A stretch of 56,749 bases of DNA from Candidatus Hydrogenedentota bacterium (GCA_034669905.1 JAXMOL010000048.1:1-56749), one strand, 5' to 3'; positions 1-10,124 are shown, counted from the stretch's first letter. The notes: generated by a model from the sequence alone, not told the origin. Program-made: numbers and translations.

Positions 1-7
1 CCGATCT

Positions 8-219
8 GAGGGGGACAGCCCCGACGTCCGGGTGGGCGTCGCTTGGCGCAGTCCATCGGTTGGCCAAGACGCGATGGTGGGATACCGGGGCGAATGTCGT
101 CGGTGCAGTCCCCGGGGACTGCCTCGACCCCATCATCACAACGATGGAAAATACGTTACGGGGCCAACCGGTAAGCTGAGGCAAGGAAAGTCGACTCGGA
201 GGGCGGGGCTGTCCCCCTC
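8..219. repeat. Long imperfect palindromic element (REPIN/MITE-like), full copy
   Basis: Left end gagggggacagccccg (from 8) is inverted at cggggctgtccccctc (to 219); central palindrome gcagtccccggggactgc; internal cggttggcc/ggccaaccg pair. Confidence 0.85.
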
Positions 220-315
220 TTCTGACGGAATCGGCCGAAACGGTTCTTCTCGGCACGAAACGAGCACGCTACCACCGAAGTGATAGGGCACTTGGTGGCG
301 AGGCGAGCGCTCCCA

Positions 316-428
316 GAGGGGGACAGCCCCGACGTCTGGGTGGGCGGCGCTTGGAACCGTCCATCGGTTGGCCAAGACGTGGATGTGGTATTCCGGAGCG
401 AATGTCGTCGCTGCAGTCCCCGTGGACC
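316..428. repeat. Second (left-half) copy of the palindromic element
   Basis: Direct repeat of 8-119 with scattered substitutions, 308 bp downstream. Confidence 0.85.
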
Positions 429-491
429 TGGACCGCGCCGGAGCGTTATCCTTACCCCCGACTTCCACACCAACGGACAAGGGATTTCTTC

Positions 492-1796
492 ATGGGTGAA
501 ATGACACGACGTGAATTTGGCGTAACGGCGGGTGCGGGCCTCTTACTGCCCCAGCTCTTGACACAGGGCGCGACCGCAGCGGAAGCGGGTGGTGCCACGG
601 GCCCCTTCGTTGGGCACGTCTCGGAAAGCTCCGCGATGATTTGGTATCGCCCCGAGACGGCGGACACCTGTACGGTCATTGTCACGCCGGAACAGGGCGA
701 GCCAATTAGGGCGAAGGCGACGGCCACCGCGAATCACGACCTCTGCCTTACGTGGGAAATTGCCGGTCTGAAACCCGGCACGCGCTACGGGTACCAGATT
801 ACCAATGAGGACAAACAGGTATTGGCGGGAGGCGACGACTGCCACTTCACAACCGCGCCCAAGGCGGGTGAATCAGGTAAGGTCTGCCTGGCCTTTGGTT
901 CCTGCGCCCGCACCAAGCCCCTCAAACTCTGGCAGCAGATGGCAGACGAGGGTGCCCAGGGCGTGGTCCTCCTTGGCGATACCCCCTACATCGACTCCAC
1001 CAAACTCAAGGTTCAGCGCGACCAACACCGGGCCTTCCTCCAGATACCCGAGTTGGCCGCGCTCATGCGCAACACTCCGACCTGGGGCACGTGGGATGAT
1101 CACGACTTCGGCAAGAACGATTCGGACGGCACCCTGCCCGGCAAAGAAAATGCGCGCCAGGCCTTTCTGGAATACCGCGCCAATGAAAACTACGGGCACG
1201 ACGACGAAGGCATCTACACCAAGTTTCGCTATGGCGCGATAGAGGTCTTTCTCCTCGATACGCGCTGGTTCGCCAAAACCGGCCCCTCGCCCGTCGACCC
1301 GACCAAGCCCACGTTGCTGGGTCCCGACCAATGGGCGTGGTTGCAGGAATCCCTCAAGGCCTCCACAGCGACTTTCAAGATTATCGCCTGCGGCATGATC
1401 TGGGACGACAAGGAAAACAAAGAGTCGGACGACTGGGGCACCTACACCCACGAGCGGAGTGCCCTCTTCGACTTCCTCGGCGAAAACAACATTAGCGGTG
1501 CCCTGCTCATCGGCGGCGATATCCACTGTTCCCGCCTCCTTCAATACAAGACGGAAGAGCAGGTGGGTTACGCCCTCCGCCAGTGTATCGTCTCCCCCAT
1601 CCACGACAGCACCATTCCCTCCCTCAACGTGGCCCACCCCGATCTCCTCGAGGGCGCGGCCATCCCCCACGTCTGGCTCCGCGTCGAAGCCGACACCACC
1701 CAGACGCCCGCCACACTGGAGGCCAAGTGGATTCAGATGGATGGTGAAAAAATGTGGACCCTGTCGCTGACGGAGGCGGACATGAAGAAAGGATAA
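492..1796 (+). CDS. phoD: Alkaline phosphatase D family protein, Tat-exported
   Basis: Twin-arginine signal MTRREFG; motifs [27 protein letters not shown]. Start moved to ATG 492 (501 also possible). Confidence 0.85.
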   Translation: MGEMTRREFGVTAGAGLLLPQLLTQGATAAEAGGATGPFVGHVSESSAMIWYRPETADTCTVIVTPEQGEPIRAKATATANHDLCLTWEIAGLKPGTRYGYQITNEDKQVLAGGDDCHFTTAPKAGESGKVCLAFGSCARTKPLKLWQQMADEGAQGVVLLGDTPYIDSTKLKVQRDQHRAFLQIPELAALMRNTPTWGTWDDHDFGKNDSDGTLPGKENARQAFLEYRANENYGHDDEGIYTKFRYGAIEVFLLDTRWFAKTGPSPVDPTKPTLLGPDQWAWLQESLKASTATFKIIACGMIWDDKENKESDDWGTYTHERSALFDFLGENNISGALLIGGDIHCSRLLQYKTEEQVGYALRQCIVSPIHDSTIPSLNVAHPDLLEGAAIPHVWLRVEADTTQTPATLEAKWIQMDGEKMWTLSLTEADMKKG

Positions 1797-1865
1797 TTAC
1801 CCCGCGCGTGGATTCGGGGCATGGACTCCGATTGGCGGACGGAGCTACCCGTAAAGGAACTGCGA

Positions 1866-2528
1866 ATGAAGCCTGGCGATATATTGCTGCTGGCGGCCAT
1901 TGCTCTTGCACACTTGGCAGGCGCGGCCCCACCGACAGAGGATGCGCAATCTACCGTTCCACCAGAAAGCCCCGAGGAACTTGAGGTGGGGAATTCCGGG
2001 GCTATCGTCCTGCTGAACCGAACGAAGGATGCCGCCCACCACCAGAGCTGGTTCTTTCCCGACCCCACGGCCCAGAGCGGTGTGGTCGTCTTCGAAGATG
2101 ACGCTGCAGGAACGACCATCGGCGTGGTCATGACGCAGCCCCTGGAGTCGAACGACCTTGAATCGGGTTGGCGGCTGGAACGGCGCTTCTGGCAGGAAGC
2201 GACCTGGTGCCGGAACGTCACCAGTTTTGGCTGGTCCCAGGATGGGCGCTATCTCTTCGTCGCCACGTCGGATAGCTACGGCACCGGCTTCGTGTACCAG
2301 TTGGACGTCCCGGCCCGGCAGGCGGCGCTCTTCTATCCGAGGGCACCCGACGACCACCCTACCGGACACTGCTGGGCCAGCGAAATCGAAGGCGTTGACA
2401 AGGACACGGTCCGTTTCCACGTCCGCGACTACTGCGAAGAGGACATGATCTTCGTCCAGAAAACCCTTCCCTTTCTCACCGACGTCAAGGCAGCGCGCGC
2501 GGCACAAACAGCTGCCCCGGCACCGTAA
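1866..2528 (+). CDS. Secreted hypothetical protein, possible beta-propeller blade
   Basis: Signal peptide MKPGDILLLAAIALAHLAGA; WD40/TolB-like FGWSQDGRYLFV segment. Confidence 0.6.
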   Translation: MKPGDILLLAAIALAHLAGAAPPTEDAQSTVPPESPEELEVGNSGAIVLLNRTKDAAHHQSWFFPDPTAQSGVVVFEDDAAGTTIGVVMTQPLESNDLESGWRLERRFWQEATWCRNVTSFGWSQDGRYLFVATSDSYGTGFVYQLDVPARQAALFYPRAPDDHPTGHCWASEIEGVDKDTVRFHVRDYCEEDMIFVQKTLPFLTDVKAARAAQTAAPAP

Positions 2529-2695
2529 TACCGTGTCCCGCGCGCTCGAATCTCTCTGGGGAGGAGTCCGGCGACTCGGATGACGCTGCATCAACCGCCC
2601 GGGAACCACCCCGTTTATGCCTCCCCATCCTTGTTTTAAGGCTTTTTATTGATACTTTTCCCCTTCACTCGTCCTTCATAGTTCCAATACGAGAC

Positions 2696-2750
2696 TGACA
2701 CAAAATTGACACAAATCTCACTTGACAACCTGGCCCATTCGTGCAATTAT
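2696..2750 (+). promoter_or_regulatory. Candidate promoter region with an 11-bp-spaced TGACACAAA direct repeat
   Basis: TGACACAAA at 2696 and 2707; TTGACA at 2706 and 2722; the -10 is weak. Confidence 0.4.
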
Positions 2751-3049
2751 GGACTGACCGACTTGTATTCTGAAGCTAGCACTACTAGACAGAATCAGTC
2801 GATGGCTCCAAGCGGATGGAGCCCACCCGGCAGAGGAGAGGAATCTCGTCGGCATCTGAGAGCGGTGTCGGCGGAAGGAAGGAGGCATCCCACCCCTATT
2901 TCGCTTGGGTGATCGGCAGATGCGGCAGTTTCGGGCATTCGTCTAACTACCTCAATAGATGCTGCACGTTTTCCATCACCAAACTCGACAGAAACAAGTG
3001 GTTTACTTTATCAGTTACTTTACATACCCTTCTAAAAGGAATACGGACA

Positions 3050-4099
3050 ATGAGAATAGATACATCTGCACGGGCTCGTCGTGGCTTTACGCTGATCGAG
3101 CTCCTCGTCGTTATTGCAATCATTGGCATCCTGGCCGCCATTCTGCTGCCGGCCCTGGCACGGGCACGGGAAGCGGCGCGTCGCTCCTCCTGCCAGAATA
3201 ACCTCAAACAACACGGCGTTATTTTCAAAATGTATGCCAACGAAAGCGTGGGCGAAATGTTCCCCCCCCGCTCCGTCCGTTACTGGCAGGACTACCCCAA
3301 TGGCCGGGGCCTGGGCGTAACGCTGGAACGCGCTTACTCGACTGAGGACCTCTACCCCGAATACCTCACCGACTTCCACATCCAGTTCTGCCCATCGGAC
3401 GCGGACTACAGCCGTTCGAAGCTGCCCAACTTCCTCTGGGCGGACGAGGGCGCCAACATGCACCGCACGATCGGTTCGGGCTGGGAAAACTCGGGTGACC
3501 CCATCATGGCAGGAAAAGTGAGCCCCGGCGTTGGCAGCCAGCGCTGTAACCCGGACCTCTACGATCCCGCAACGAACTGCTACTACCACGGCGGTTACTG
3601 GTCCTACAACTACTGGGCCTATGCCTTTGACGGAAACTGGTTCCAGACGGAAAGTGACATCGCGCTCTTCTTCGGACAGACCCTCTCGGAAGGTGCCGGC
3701 GACCAGGCCATCAACACCAGCAGCAGCGCGACCGGTGACATCTCCCCCAACGCCCGTGGACTCTACCCCAACCGGAACAAGCCCGCTACCTTCACCATCT
3801 CCACCGGTGAAGTGGTCACGGCCCAGCCCCTCCGCGAAGGTGTGGAACGTTTCCTGATCACGGACATCAACAACCCGGCCGGTAGCGCCAGTGCCCAATC
3901 CAACACGGCCATCATGTGGGATAACTCCTTCTCCACGGCTGGTGCGGTTGGCGACAACTTCAACCACGTACCCGGCGGTGCCAATGTCCTCTACATGGAT
4001 GGACACGTTGAATTCGCCAAGTACCCCCAGCCTGCGGGCAGCAAAGCCTTTGTCATGACCTCGGTCAGCCAGGGCAGCCTTATCCGCAACGCCCCCTGA
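3050..4099 (+). CDS. Prepilin-type N-terminal cleavage/methylation, DUF1559 / H-X9-DG protein (paralogue 1)
   Basis: [49 protein letters not shown]-terminal [19 protein letters not shown] 3050 follows an aaagga RBS. Confidence 0.9.
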   Translation: MRIDTSARARRGFTLIELLVVIAIIGILAAILLPALARAREAARRSSCQNNLKQHGVIFKMYANESVGEMFPPRSVRYWQDYPNGRGLGVTLERAYSTEDLYPEYLTDFHIQFCPSDADYSRSKLPNFLWADEGANMHRTIGSGWENSGDPIMAGKVSPGVGSQRCNPDLYDPATNCYYHGGYWSYNYWAYAFDGNWFQTESDIALFFGQTLSEGAGDQAINTSSSATGDISPNARGLYPNRNKPATFTISTGEVVTAQPLREGVERFLITDINNPAGSASAQSNTAIMWDNSFSTAGAVGDNFNHVPGGANVLYMDGHVEFAKYPQPAGSKAFVMTSVSQGSLIRNAP

Positions 4100-4133
4100 T
4101 ACATTGCTAGCGGCGTAATTTGCCTATCCCTTG

Positions 4134-4182
4134 CGGGCCCGGAGCTGCCACCTCGTGGCGACTCCGGGCCCGTTCCCTTTTC
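4134..4182 (+). terminator. Putative intrinsic terminator hairpin
   Basis: cgggcccggag...ctccgggcccg followed by ttcccttttc, just after the DUF1559 stop. Confidence 0.55.
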
Positions 4183-4378
4183 CGGGGCATTCTCACCGTG
4201 GCAGAACGCGAGGAAGACCTCCACCCGACGAAAGCAGATGGCGACGCTCTGCGTCACAGCGACCCGTGTCACCCTTTTCTACTCCGAATTAATTGTTACC
4301 TATTTAACTGTTCGGTATACTGACTCAGCCTAAAAACAACCGCACCGACCCCAACCGACGAAACCAAGGAATATTACA

Positions 4379-5908
4379 ATGGCGCCCCCCCATAATAACG
4401 GAAACCCGAACCCAGATACCCCGGCCATCCCGCCCCTCAAGCTCGGTGAGCCGGAGATTTCCAAAGACGACCCTTGGCATCGTGATGCGCTTGACCGAAA
4501 ACCCATCGCAGTTGCACTTACAAATCTGGTCAGACCCGAGACAAACCCGCTGGTTGTCACTTTGAATGGTAGCTGGGGAACGGGAAAAACATTTTTTCTC
4601 AAGCGATGGCAAACACAGCTTGAGAAGGAAGACATGCGGGCAATCTATTTCAATGCGTGGGAAGACGACTACAGCGTAGATCCACTGGTCGCTATCCTTG
4701 GACAGCTGTGCGACGAGTTCAGTGACGAGAAGTACAAGGGTAAAGTAGATCGGCTCAAAAAGGCTGGAATGAACCTATCAAAGAAGATCGCCCTAAAAGG
4801 AATCGGGGCTTTGACATGTGGCCTTCTGAATCTCACCGAAGAGGAAATAGAATCTGGAAAAGACACGCTTAATCAGATTTTGAAAGCCCTTTCGGATGCA
4901 GACCCCGGCGAGTGCGAGTCGTCACGTGACCGTCTATTTGACGAATATCGCATAAGTCGAGAGGCACGGGAGGAACTCAAGAAAGCTCTGACGGCATTAA
5001 CTTCGGAGGTGCGTGGCGATTTAAACGCCCCCTTGGTGTTCATCATCGACGAACTCGACAGGTGTCGCCCCACCTTCGCCATCGAGCTACTGGAGCGAAT
5101 CAAGCACCTATTCGGCATTCCCAATATGGTCTTTGTATTGGGAATAGACCGCGAGCAACTCGGGTCCTCGGTCAAGTCCGTCTATGGAGAGATAGATGTT
5201 GATGGCTACCTTCGCCGTTTCTTTGATATGGAGTTTTCTTTGCCACTAGTTGATAGCGCGGCTTTCTGCAAAGGATTGCTTATGAGGCACAAGCTGGATT
5301 CGCACGCACAATTTCATGATCAAGAATCGAAGGGGAACGACTTCACTAACGCATTCCAAACCGTCTGTAGTGTCCTTCCATTCCTGTGTAGGGAGCTTCA
5401 GCTATCGCTGCGCGATGTGGAAAAGCTGGTGACTTCCTATGTCTTCGCCACGAGAAACAGGAACGGATATTCCAATGCCTGGCCGGAACTCTTATCCGTA
5501 CTTCTTGCCCTCCGTCTGAAGCACACTTCGTTATATAATCAGTTTACTCAGGGCAGATTGGGAGCGAAAGAAGTGCTTGATGAGATAGAGAAGAACTATG
5601 GACATTTCGATCCAGACACACCCGAGTCTGGGCTTTATCAGTCTTGCTGGATTGCCGCTATTATTTACTCTAGCCTGCCGGAAAACTACACGAACCGTGC
5701 TGATGTATTTGAGGAATTGGAGCGACTTCGTGGAGAAGAGAATGAACCAACCCACTATATTCACCTCTCCAAAAGGACACTAAAATTTGGTCTGGAAGAG
5801 CGCGGTTATTTCTTTCAAGTCTTTGATGCGGTAAGGAACCCATCTGCGATTAGGACCCGGTCTTTGAAGCGAGCGATTCACAGTCTCGTCACTATTATAG
5901 AACTTTAA
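4379..5908 (+). CDS. KAP family P-loop NTPase
   Basis: N-terminal DALDR; Walker A LNGSWGTGKT; FNAW; Walker B FIIDELDRC; YLRRFFD. Visibly more AT-rich than its neighbours. Confidence 0.9.
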   Translation: MAPPHNNGNPNPDTPAIPPLKLGEPEISKDDPWHRDALDRKPIAVALTNLVRPETNPLVVTLNGSWGTGKTFFLKRWQTQLEKEDMRAIYFNAWEDDYSVDPLVAILGQLCDEFSDEKYKGKVDRLKKAGMNLSKKIALKGIGALTCGLLNLTEEEIESGKDTLNQILKALSDADPGECESSRDRLFDEYRISREAREELKKALTALTSEVRGDLNAPLVFIIDELDRCRPTFAIELLERIKHLFGIPNMVFVLGIDREQLGSSVKSVYGEIDVDGYLRRFFDMEFSLPLVDSAAFCKGLLMRHKLDSHAQFHDQESKGNDFTNAFQTVCSVLPFLCRELQLSLRDVEKLVTSYVFATRNRNGYSNAWPELLSVLLALRLKHTSLYNQFTQGRLGAKEVLDEIEKNYGHFDPDTPESGLYQSCWIAAIIYSSLPENYTNRADVFEELERLRGEENEPTHYIHLSKRTLKFGLEERGYFFQVFDAVRNPSAIRTRSLKRAIHSLVTIIEL

Positions 5909-5986
5909 CTCGACTTCTCCCGTGCTTGGACATATCCAGGGGCCCTGTCGGACGTAGCCAGCCGCCACAGAAGGCTTCGTGATGCG

Positions 5987-6035
5987 TCCTACGCGGAGCG
6001 TAGGGATAGGCATTCCCACGCAGAGCGTGGGAATG
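5987..6035. repeat. REP-like palindrome doublet
   Basis: tcctacgcggagcgtaggga and cattcccacgcagagcgtgggaatg hairpins between convergent genes. Confidence 0.75.
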
Positions 6036-6132
6036 AGCGGAAACTACCTTTTTGTAACGGGAGAGGCCTCGACTCTGCCCCACTGCCTACGTCGGTGCGG
6101 CCCCCGCCTTCGGCGCGTCGTTGACCCGCCTG

Positions 6133-8226
6133 CTACACCAAATCCAGCGGGTGCACGGTTTTCATGCCCGTCCCTTCCTCCAGGTGGATGGAACATACCG
6201 ACGACTCGGTCACGATGGCATCCACCTTTTTCTCCTGAAAGGCGTCGAAGAGGGGCTTGCCCACCGCGTTAGCGAGGTCATAGCCCATGGGGCCATGTTT
6301 CAGGCCGAAGGTACCGGCCATGCCACAGCAGGTGCCCGTTTCGATGAGCTCGATGGTGCCGCCATGTTTGCGGACCCAATCCATCGCTTCCGTGCCCATG
6401 CCCAGGGGGCGCTGGTGGCAGGAGCAATGGAAACCATAGGTGTGGCCTTCGAGGGTATTCGTACCCGCTGCACCCTCCAGCTCCATGAGATAGGCAAAGT
6501 ATTCGTGGGTGGCCGCCGCTACCAATTTCGCCTTGGGATTCAGCGGCAGCAGCTTGGGGTAGGTCTCGCGCAGGCAATAGGCGGCCGTCGGCTCGGTGGT
6601 GACTATATCGTAACCCTGCGCCACATATTCGGCGAGGCGGGTGACATTGTAGATGGCCGCATTCTGCGCGCGATCCAAATCACCGTAGCCAATATAGGGA
6701 TAGCCGCAGGCCTGCTGCTCGGGCAACACCACTTCGCAGCCCTGGGCCTCCAGGCGACGGAGGGCTTTCATGCCCAACTCGGGTGCATTGTAGTTCACAA
6801 AGATGTCGTGGAAGAAGGCAACTTTGCGCTTCACCTTCGCGGGATCAATCTGGCTGGTCCAGCGCTTGCGGAGGGTCTTCCGTGCGAAGGGCGGCATTTC
6901 GCGGCGCCGGTCAATACCCGTCACCTTTTCCATCACCCAGCGAAAGGCGGGGTTGCCCAGCGAGATATTGGAGAAGGGAGCCGTGGCACAGCCCAATTTC
7001 GCCGCGCTCTCCGCCGCCATGAGCAGCTCGTTGGTGAAAGAGGGCGGGTTCTTCTGGTGGTCCCGGTGTTTCACTTTCGCGATGCCCAGGGGCATGTCGA
7101 TTTGGGTGGGACAGATTTCCTTACAGAGCCCACAGGAGACACAGAGGTCGGCAAACTCGGCGGCCACGTCGTAGCCATGCACGCCGGCGGTCCAGGTTAT
7201 TCCCATGGGGCCCGGGTAAATGTGGCCAAAAGTGTGGCCCCCGACGACGCCATAGGTAGGACACGCGTTCATGCAGGCACCACAGCGGATGCAGCGGAGA
7301 TTTTCCCGCATGATGGGGTCTTTCGCCATTTCACGCCGCCCGTTGTCCAGAATAACGATGTGGGATTCCCGGGGCTTTCCATCGGCCCCCATGGGATTCC
7401 GTCCGGCCATCCAGGTGACGTACGTGGTGGGCAACTGGCCCGAGGCACTCACCGGGTGGGCGAGCACCATGGCCATACCATCATCCATGGTCTCGACGAT
7501 CTTTTCCATGCCCATAACGGCGATGTGCACCTTGCCAATGGCGGAAACCAGGCGTCCGTTGCCTTCGTTGGTCTCGATGCAGATGGCGCCGGTGTCGGCC
7601 ACGCCCACGTTGGCCCCGGTCATGCCGATGTCGGTGTTAAGGAAGATGGGCCGCAGGTAACTGCGCACCACAGGCATGATGGACTCGATGGTGGCTTCGA
7701 CGGGTTTGCCGGTGGCCTTGGCGAAGATTTCCGCCACGTCGTCCCGCATCTTGTGGACTGACGGGAAGACAAGATGGAAGGGCTTCTCATGCACCAATTG
7801 GATGATGAGCTCACCGAGATCGGTCTCGACCACACTCAAGCCCGCCGCTTCCATATCTTCATTAATTTCGATTTCTTCGGTGGTCAATGACTTTGATTTG
7901 GACACGGTCTTCGCGTCGTGCTTCTTCGCCACCTCCAGACAATAGGCGATGGCATCGGCCCCATCCTTCGCCACGTAGACCTGACAGCCCCGGGCTTCCG
8001 AGGAGGCGATAAAGCGTTCGAGCAATTCTTCCTGCTTATCGATGCACCGGTCTTTGATGGCCTTCACTTCATCGCGAAAGGCCGCCCCGCCCGGAAGGGT
8101 CAAGAGCCGCTCGGTCCGTTTGTCACGGCCCCGTTTCATGCAGTTATAGAGCGCGTCCCGTTGCTTGGGCTCTTCGATGGATTTGGTAATCGCGTCGTTC
8201 AGGCGTTGTTGGCGGTTGGTGCTCAT
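6133..8226 (-). CDS. lutB: LutB/LldF-type LUD and 4Fe-4S protein fused to C-terminal CCG (LutA/GlpC-like) domains
   Basis: KSKSLTTEEI, ETDLGE, TNEGNGR, CIRCGACMNACP, CVSCGLCKEICP, then QACG, HCSCH, TCCGMAGTFG. Confidence 0.8.
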   Translation of the reverse strand: MSTNRQQRLNDAITKSIEEPKQRDALYNCMKRGRDKRTERLLTLPGGAAFRDEVKAIKDRCIDKQEELLERFIASSEARGCQVYVAKDGADAIAYCLEVAKKHDAKTVSKSKSLTTEEIEINEDMEAAGLSVVETDLGELIIQLVHEKPFHLVFPSVHKMRDDVAEIFAKATGKPVEATIESIMPVVRSYLRPIFLNTDIGMTGANVGVADTGAICIETNEGNGRLVSAIGKVHIAVMGMEKIVETMDDGMAMVLAHPVSASGQLPTTYVTWMAGRNPMGADGKPRESHIVILDNGRREMAKDPIMRENLRCIRCGACMNACPTYGVVGGHTFGHIYPGPMGITWTAGVHGYDVAAEFADLCVSCGLCKEICPTQIDMPLGIAKVKHRDHQKNPPSFTNELLMAAESAAKLGCATAPFSNISLGNPAFRWVMEKVTGIDRRREMPPFARKTLRKRWTSQIDPAKVKRKVAFFHDIFVNYNAPELGMKALRRLEAQGCEVVLPEQQACGYPYIGYGDLDRAQNAAIYNVTRLAEYVAQGYDIVTTEPTAAYCLRETYPKLLPLNPKAKLVAAATHEYFAYLMELEGAAGTNTLEGHTYGFHCSCHQRPLGMGTEAMDWVRKHGGTIELIETGTCCGMAGTFGLKHGPMGYDLANAVGKPLFDAFQEKKVDAIVTESSVCSIHLEEGTGMKTVHPLDLV

Positions 8227-8798
8227 GCGTCGTCTCCCAGGATCAAGATGGCGTGGGCATGTTCCGGCCCGTGGACCCCGAGGGTCAGAATCATTTCAAT
8301 ATCGCCCGTGCGGCTGGGTCCCGAAATATAACTCACCATGATGTTTTCCGGGTTCTCTTTATAGAGCTCCGTCATTCGCACCGCCGAACCCCGCAGCGTC
8401 TCCACCAAATCATTGGCGTGCACAATGCCGATATGGGTGCGTGGGAGTGACGATACCAGACGGCTCGTGTCATCAAAGACCACTTCCGCCAGGGTCCCCG
8501 TCTCGGCGATACCAAAGCGGGCACCGGTCACCCCTACCTGGACCTGATCGATTTCACCCAACGCCGTTTCGCTGTGATAGGGCGGACGAAGGACTTCCAT
8601 GCCATTGGCGCTGCACCTGGCGGCGGCCTCGTCTATCACGCTATCCGGCAGTTCCGCCAGCGCTACTTTTTGCGCGCCCGCATCCTGGGCGATCTTCAAA
8701 ATCAGATCGCACACTTCTGCCTGGGTGCGTACCAAATAGGCGTGCCCCGACACCGCCTCAAAGGCCGCTTTGAAATTATTCGCCAACGTCTTACTCAA
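8223..8798 (-). CDS. lutC: LutC/YkgG family LUD-domain protein
   Basis: GIAETGT, SSLPRTH, ISGPSRTGDIEMILTLGVHGP; 4-bp overlap with lutB; TTG start. Confidence 0.85.
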   Translation of the reverse strand: MSKTLANNFKAAFEAVSGHAYLVRTQAEVCDLILKIAQDAGAQKVALAELPDSVIDEAAARCSANGMEVLRPPYHSETALGEIDQVQVGVTGARFGIAETGTLAEVVFDDTSRLVSSLPRTHIGIVHANDLVETLRGSAVRMTELYKENPENIMVSYISGPSRTGDIEMILTLGVHGPEHAHAILILGDDA

Positions 8799-8850
8799 CG
8801 TACGTTCTCTCTCTTGTAGGTAGGGCTATCGGAAGAAGAAATTCTAAGCC

Positions 8851-8903
8851 CAAAGAACGCAAAGAACTCGAAAAAGTGTTTTCTGAGTTCCTTGCGTTCT
8901 TTG
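8851..8903. repeat. Inverted repeat built from short caaagaacg-type units
   Basis: caaagaacgcaaagaactc / gagttccttgcgttctttg, one mismatch. Confidence 0.75.
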
Positions 8904-8981
8904 AGGTTGATTCAGGCATTGTACCGCGCTATGGCGACTCGTTCCCAGGCACAGCTTCGAAGGGGGTGCTGGAGCGCCCCC

Positions 8982-10124
8982 TCACCTCCCATCCAACACG
9001 GCGTAACTGATCGTCTTGTAGCTGTCGCGCTCATAGAGACAGCCCAGACGGCCATCCTTCAACACCACCAGGGCACTATAGGCGAAGCCGCCCGGGTAAA
9101 TCAGTTGCTCCCTGATCCACGTGGCACCGCCATCCGTGCTTCGGAAGAGCTGACCATTCTCCCGCTTCGTTTCCGTATTGGGAACGGTGTGCCACAGTAC
9201 CGACTTTCCTCCGGAGGGGTCAACCTGGGACACCAGGCTCCCCATACACGGGGGCGTCACGAGATCCGTGGCGTAACGGGCGGGCGTCCAGGTCACTCCC
9301 CCGTCGGCGCTGCTCGTGAGCACCCGCGCCTTCTTACCATCCTGATTGCGGGCCGAAAGGATGAGGATGCCATCGGCGCGCTCCGCCACCTGGGCTTCTG
9401 TGCACCAGCCGGTGATGTTCTCGTAGGATACGCGCTGACCCGGTTGCCAGGTTTCACCCAGGTCATCGCTGTAGGCCACGGCAATCTCGTGCATGCGGTC
9501 ACCGCCCCCCAGGGGGATGTTCTCATAGAGGGGCAAGACCAAGCGGCCCTTGTGGGCTCCCTGTTGCAGCTGGATAAAGTTACCCGGGCTCCCCACGGCC
9601 ACGGCATCGGGCCGACGCAGCATTTTCGTCACGTCGCGCGGCGCACTCCACGTCTTGCCGTCATCATCGGAATGAACGATAAACGACTGCGTATTGGTGG
9701 CCCCGCCAAAGCCCAGGTCCGCCAGTTTCGTATGGCCCGACTCACGGCCATGGTAACCAAGGGGAAAGCGCTGATAGACCGCGAGAATGCGATCGGGATC
9801 CGACAAGGCGATGACACAGGGGTCGTTCAGCGAATCATCGCCAGACTCGGCGATGACCTGAACAGCCCCCCACGTCGCGCCACCGTCTTCGCTGCGCCGG
9901 AGGATGATATCGTTCTTACCGTGGTCATGGTCTACGGGGCGCCCCTCGGCGAAGGCAAGCAACGTGCCTGACTTCGACTGGACAACCGCCGGAATGCGAA
10001 TGGCCTCATAGGCATCATCCGCCTCCCGCGTAAATACCACGACGCTATCCGGATGAGTTTCCGCCATGGCAGCAGTGGGCAAGGCCATAGCCGCTATCAG
10101 TAGAAATGGAACGAAACGTCTCAT
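8982..10124 (-). CDS. Secreted exo-alpha-sialidase (GH33, BNR repeats)
   Basis: Signal peptide; RIP motif; five Asp boxes (SEDGGATW, SDDDGKTW, SDDLGETW, SADGGVTW, STDGGATW); C-terminal AYS...LYE. Confidence 0.9.
   Translation of the reverse strand: MRRFVPFLLIAAMALPTAAMAETHPDSVVVFTREADDAYEAIRIPAVVQSKSGTLLAFAEGRPVDHDHGKNDIILRRSEDGGATWGAVQVIAESGDDSLNDPCVIALSDPDRILAVYQRFPLGYHGRESGHTKLADLGFGGATNTQSFIVHSDDDGKTWSAPRDVTKMLRRPDAVAVGSPGNFIQLQQGAHKGRLVLPLYENIPLGGGDRMHEIAVAYSDDLGETWQPGQRVSYENITGWCTEAQVAERADGILILSARNQDGKKARVLTSSADGGVTWTPARYATDLVTPPCMGSLVSQVDPSGGKSVLWHTVPNTETKRENGQLFRSTDGGATWIREQLIYPGGFAYSALVVLKDGRLGCLYERDSYKTISYAVLDGR

Noticed and set aside
8..428. CRISPR array
   Set aside because: Units are over 100 bp, alternate in orientation and are degenerate; no cas genes are present.
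2760..3049. Known riboswitch (c-di-GMP, SAM, cobalamin, TPP)
   Set aside because: No consensus core recognised; kept only as an unknown structured leader.
6121..7761. 546-aa plus-strand ORF
   Set aside because: Antisense shadow of lutB, expected from GC-rich codon bias; no motifs.
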